This document shows, piece after piece, positions 4,720 through 5,974 of a DNA stretch of 5,974 bases (within the stretch, counting starts at the first letter, position 1; every line of letters starts with the position of its first letter). Source of the DNA: an uncultured Erysipelotrichaceae bacterium (GTDB taxonomy: Bacteria; Bacillota_I; Bacilli_A; Erysipelotrichales; Erysipelotrichaceae); assembly GCA_964457525.1 (NCBI GenBank), contig CAYWGS010000078.1:1-5974 (forward strand). Reading direction: 5' to 3'. A program made the translations under genes and the position numbers. Under the pieces are notes generated by a model that saw nothing but the letters and a program-made list of their open reading frames with translations, ran no database searches and was not told where the DNA came from.

Positions 4720-5974
4720 CTTCTTAAATAAGTTTTCTAAAAAAGATTACAAAAGTGAATCTCAAGAGAAACCAAAATCGATCGAAACGCCAAAAGAAGA
4801 AGTGAAGACAGTTGAATCAAAACCTGTCGAAACTGTAAAACCAACTCCTGTTGTTTCTACTTCACGTCACGAGGAAGAAGTACATATTGATCCTAGCTAT
4901 CGTAGGAACCAAAGAAATAAGATAATTATTGGTGCTGTTGCGATTGTCGCATTGCTTGCCTTATCATTTGGAGTTTACTACTTGCTTAATCAAGTTCAAA
5001 TTCCTGATTATGTAAATAAACCATTATCAGAATTAAAAACATGGGCATCTAGAAATAATATTGCTTTAGAAACAGAGTATCAATTCAATTTAGAAGTAAA
5101 TAAAGACTATATTATTGATTTAAATCCTGTCGCGAACTCAAATATTCAGAAGGGTTCTATCCTAAAAGTTATTGTTAGTGATGGTGCGGACCCTGATGAA
5201 CAGATTCAAGTTCCTGATTTTACCGGTAATACTTATTATCAAATTCAAGAATGGTTAAGTACGAACAAGATAAATAATTTGCGTATTACTTACGAAAACA
5301 ATGAAGATATTCCAGTGAATGAATTTGTTCGTATCGTATTCAATGATAAGACGATTACAAGTGATTCTTATACACGTAAAGATTATGGCTTAATCTATTT
5401 GTCTAATGGTCCTGTTGTATATGAAAAGAATATTAAAGTACCAAATTGGACAACTGCTGCGACAAGTGTAGTAAGTGCTCAAGCTTGGGGATTAGAACAA
5501 GATGTAGAGGTAATTGTAAATTTAGTTAATTCTACATCAGTACCTAAAGATATTATTATCTCTCAAAGTATTGCTCCAGATACAATGATTGCGAAGAAGA
5601 GTAAGATTACGATTACTGTTTCTCTTGGTCAAATTGTCACAGTTCCTGATTTCTCTAAGATGTCGAAAGAAGAAGCTGAAAACACATCCTTAAGTAATGC
5701 GGTTGTTAAGTATGTTGAAATGTATCAACCAAAAACAGGTGCTACTTATGGCTCATATATCTGGCAAGATGTAAAAGCTGGAACAAATATCGATCAAAGT
5801 AGTGCAACTAAATTGGTTATTACAGTCTATTACTCATTGGGTCAACCATATTTGAGTTCAATGGTAGGTCATTCTGAAGCTGAAATTCCAACATTTATAT
5901 ATGATCAAAATCTAAAGAGTGCAAATTTTACTTTTGAAGTACAAGCTTCAACCATTAATGAGGCTCCTAAAGGT
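4712..5974 (+). CDS. Bitopic membrane protein with tandem extracellular PASTA-like domains (3' end beyond window); no kinase or transpeptidase domain upstream of the repeats
   Basis: This ORF is not in the supplied track because it has no stop inside the window. Hand translation from ATG 4712 gives 421 sense codons with no stop up to 5974. The frame opens after TGA at 4688-4690, and 4712 is the first start codon in it. AAGGAG lies at 4694-4699, and the ATG overlaps the ATPase stop by 8 nt (ATGAGTGA). The protein starts [73 protein letters not shown] helix IIIGAVAIVALLALSFGVYYLL follows, then repeats of ~65-70 aa, each opening with (I/V)-x-(I/V)-P-(D/N)-(Y/F/W) and closing with hydrophobic-x-V-S-x-G. 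Confidence 0.85.
   Translation, partial: MSDFLNKFSKKDYKSESQEKPKSIETPKEEVKTVESKPVETVKPTPVVSTSRHEEEVHIDPSYRRNQRNKIIIGAVAIVALLALSFGVYYLLNQVQIPDYVNKPLSELKTWASRNNIALETEYQFNLEVNKDYIIDLNPVANSNIQKGSILKVIVSDGADPDEQIQVPDFTGNTYYQIQEWLSTNKINNLRITYENNEDIPVNEFVRIVFNDKTITSDSYTRKDYGLIYLSNGPVVYEKNIKVPNWTTAATSVVSAQAWGLEQDVEVIVNLVNSTSVPKDIIISQSIAPDTMIAKKSKITITVSLGQIVTVPDFSKMSKEEAENTSLSNAVVKYVEMYQPKTGATYGSYIWQDVKAGTNIDQSSATKLVITVYYSLGQPYLSSMVGHSEAEIPTFIYDQNLKSANFTFEVQASTINEAPKG
4994..5974 (+). repeat. Tandem array of at least 5 PASTA-like protein modules (protein-level repeats, diverged at DNA level)
   Basis: Module boundaries from hand translation are as follows. Module 1, aa 95-157 (nt 4994-5182): VQIPDY...IIDLNPVANSNIQKGSILKVIVSDG. 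Module 2, aa 165-233 (5204-5410): IQVPDF...LIYLSNG. Module 3, aa 241-306 (5432-5629): IKVPNW...IIISQSIAPDTMIAKKSKITITVSLG. Module 4, aa 308-376 (5633-5839): IVTVPDF...KLVITVYYSLG. Module 5, aa 379-421 (5846-5974) is truncated by the window. The pattern v-x-vPd-x-G...vi-x-Q-x-P-x-x-G...v-x-l-x-vS-x-G is the PASTA consensus. The recurring TTCCTGATT (VPD/IPD) at 4997, 5210 and 5642 marks module starts at DNA level. Confidence 0.7.

Noticed and set aside
1-5974. Mollicute genetic code (TGA = Trp), suggested by the very low GC content
   Set aside because: TGA terminates three well-delimited genes (691, 4719, and the frame boundary at 4688-4690). Trp is encoded by TGG throughout the hand-checked regions, so the standard bacterial code fits.

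Overview
AT-rich, low-GC Firmicutes-like DNA read with the standard genetic code (TGA is used as a stop). All six real genes are on the + strand, tightly packed, and each has a Shine-Dalgarno sequence. Unit 1 (59-2509) has three translationally coupled genes: a small cytoplasmic standalone cobalamin (B12)-binding protein, a 4-TM MacB/LolCE/FtsX-type permease, and its ABC ATPase. A clean intrinsic terminator follows at 2509-2537. Unit 2 (2606 to the window end) holds a second, diverged MacB/FtsX-type permease with a much larger extracytoplasmic domain, then its ATPase. After that comes a 421-codon open frame (4712-5974, running off the window) that is absent from the supplied ORF track. I translated this frame by hand. 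It encodes a bitopic membrane protein with a short disordered cytoplasmic tail, one TM helix and at least five tandem PASTA-like modules, with no kinase or penicillin-binding domain ahead of them. The most unusual feature is the pairing of each type VII (mechanotransmission-type) ABC module with a sensor-like accessory protein: a CarH/AerR-like B12 module on the cytoplasmic side and a PASTA array on the cell-wall side. I know of no characterised system with this arrangement, but novelty can only be judged by database and gene-neighbourhood searches that I cannot run. I found no tRNA, rRNA, CRISPR, transposase or riboswitch. The two minus-strand ORFs in the track are antisense shadows.
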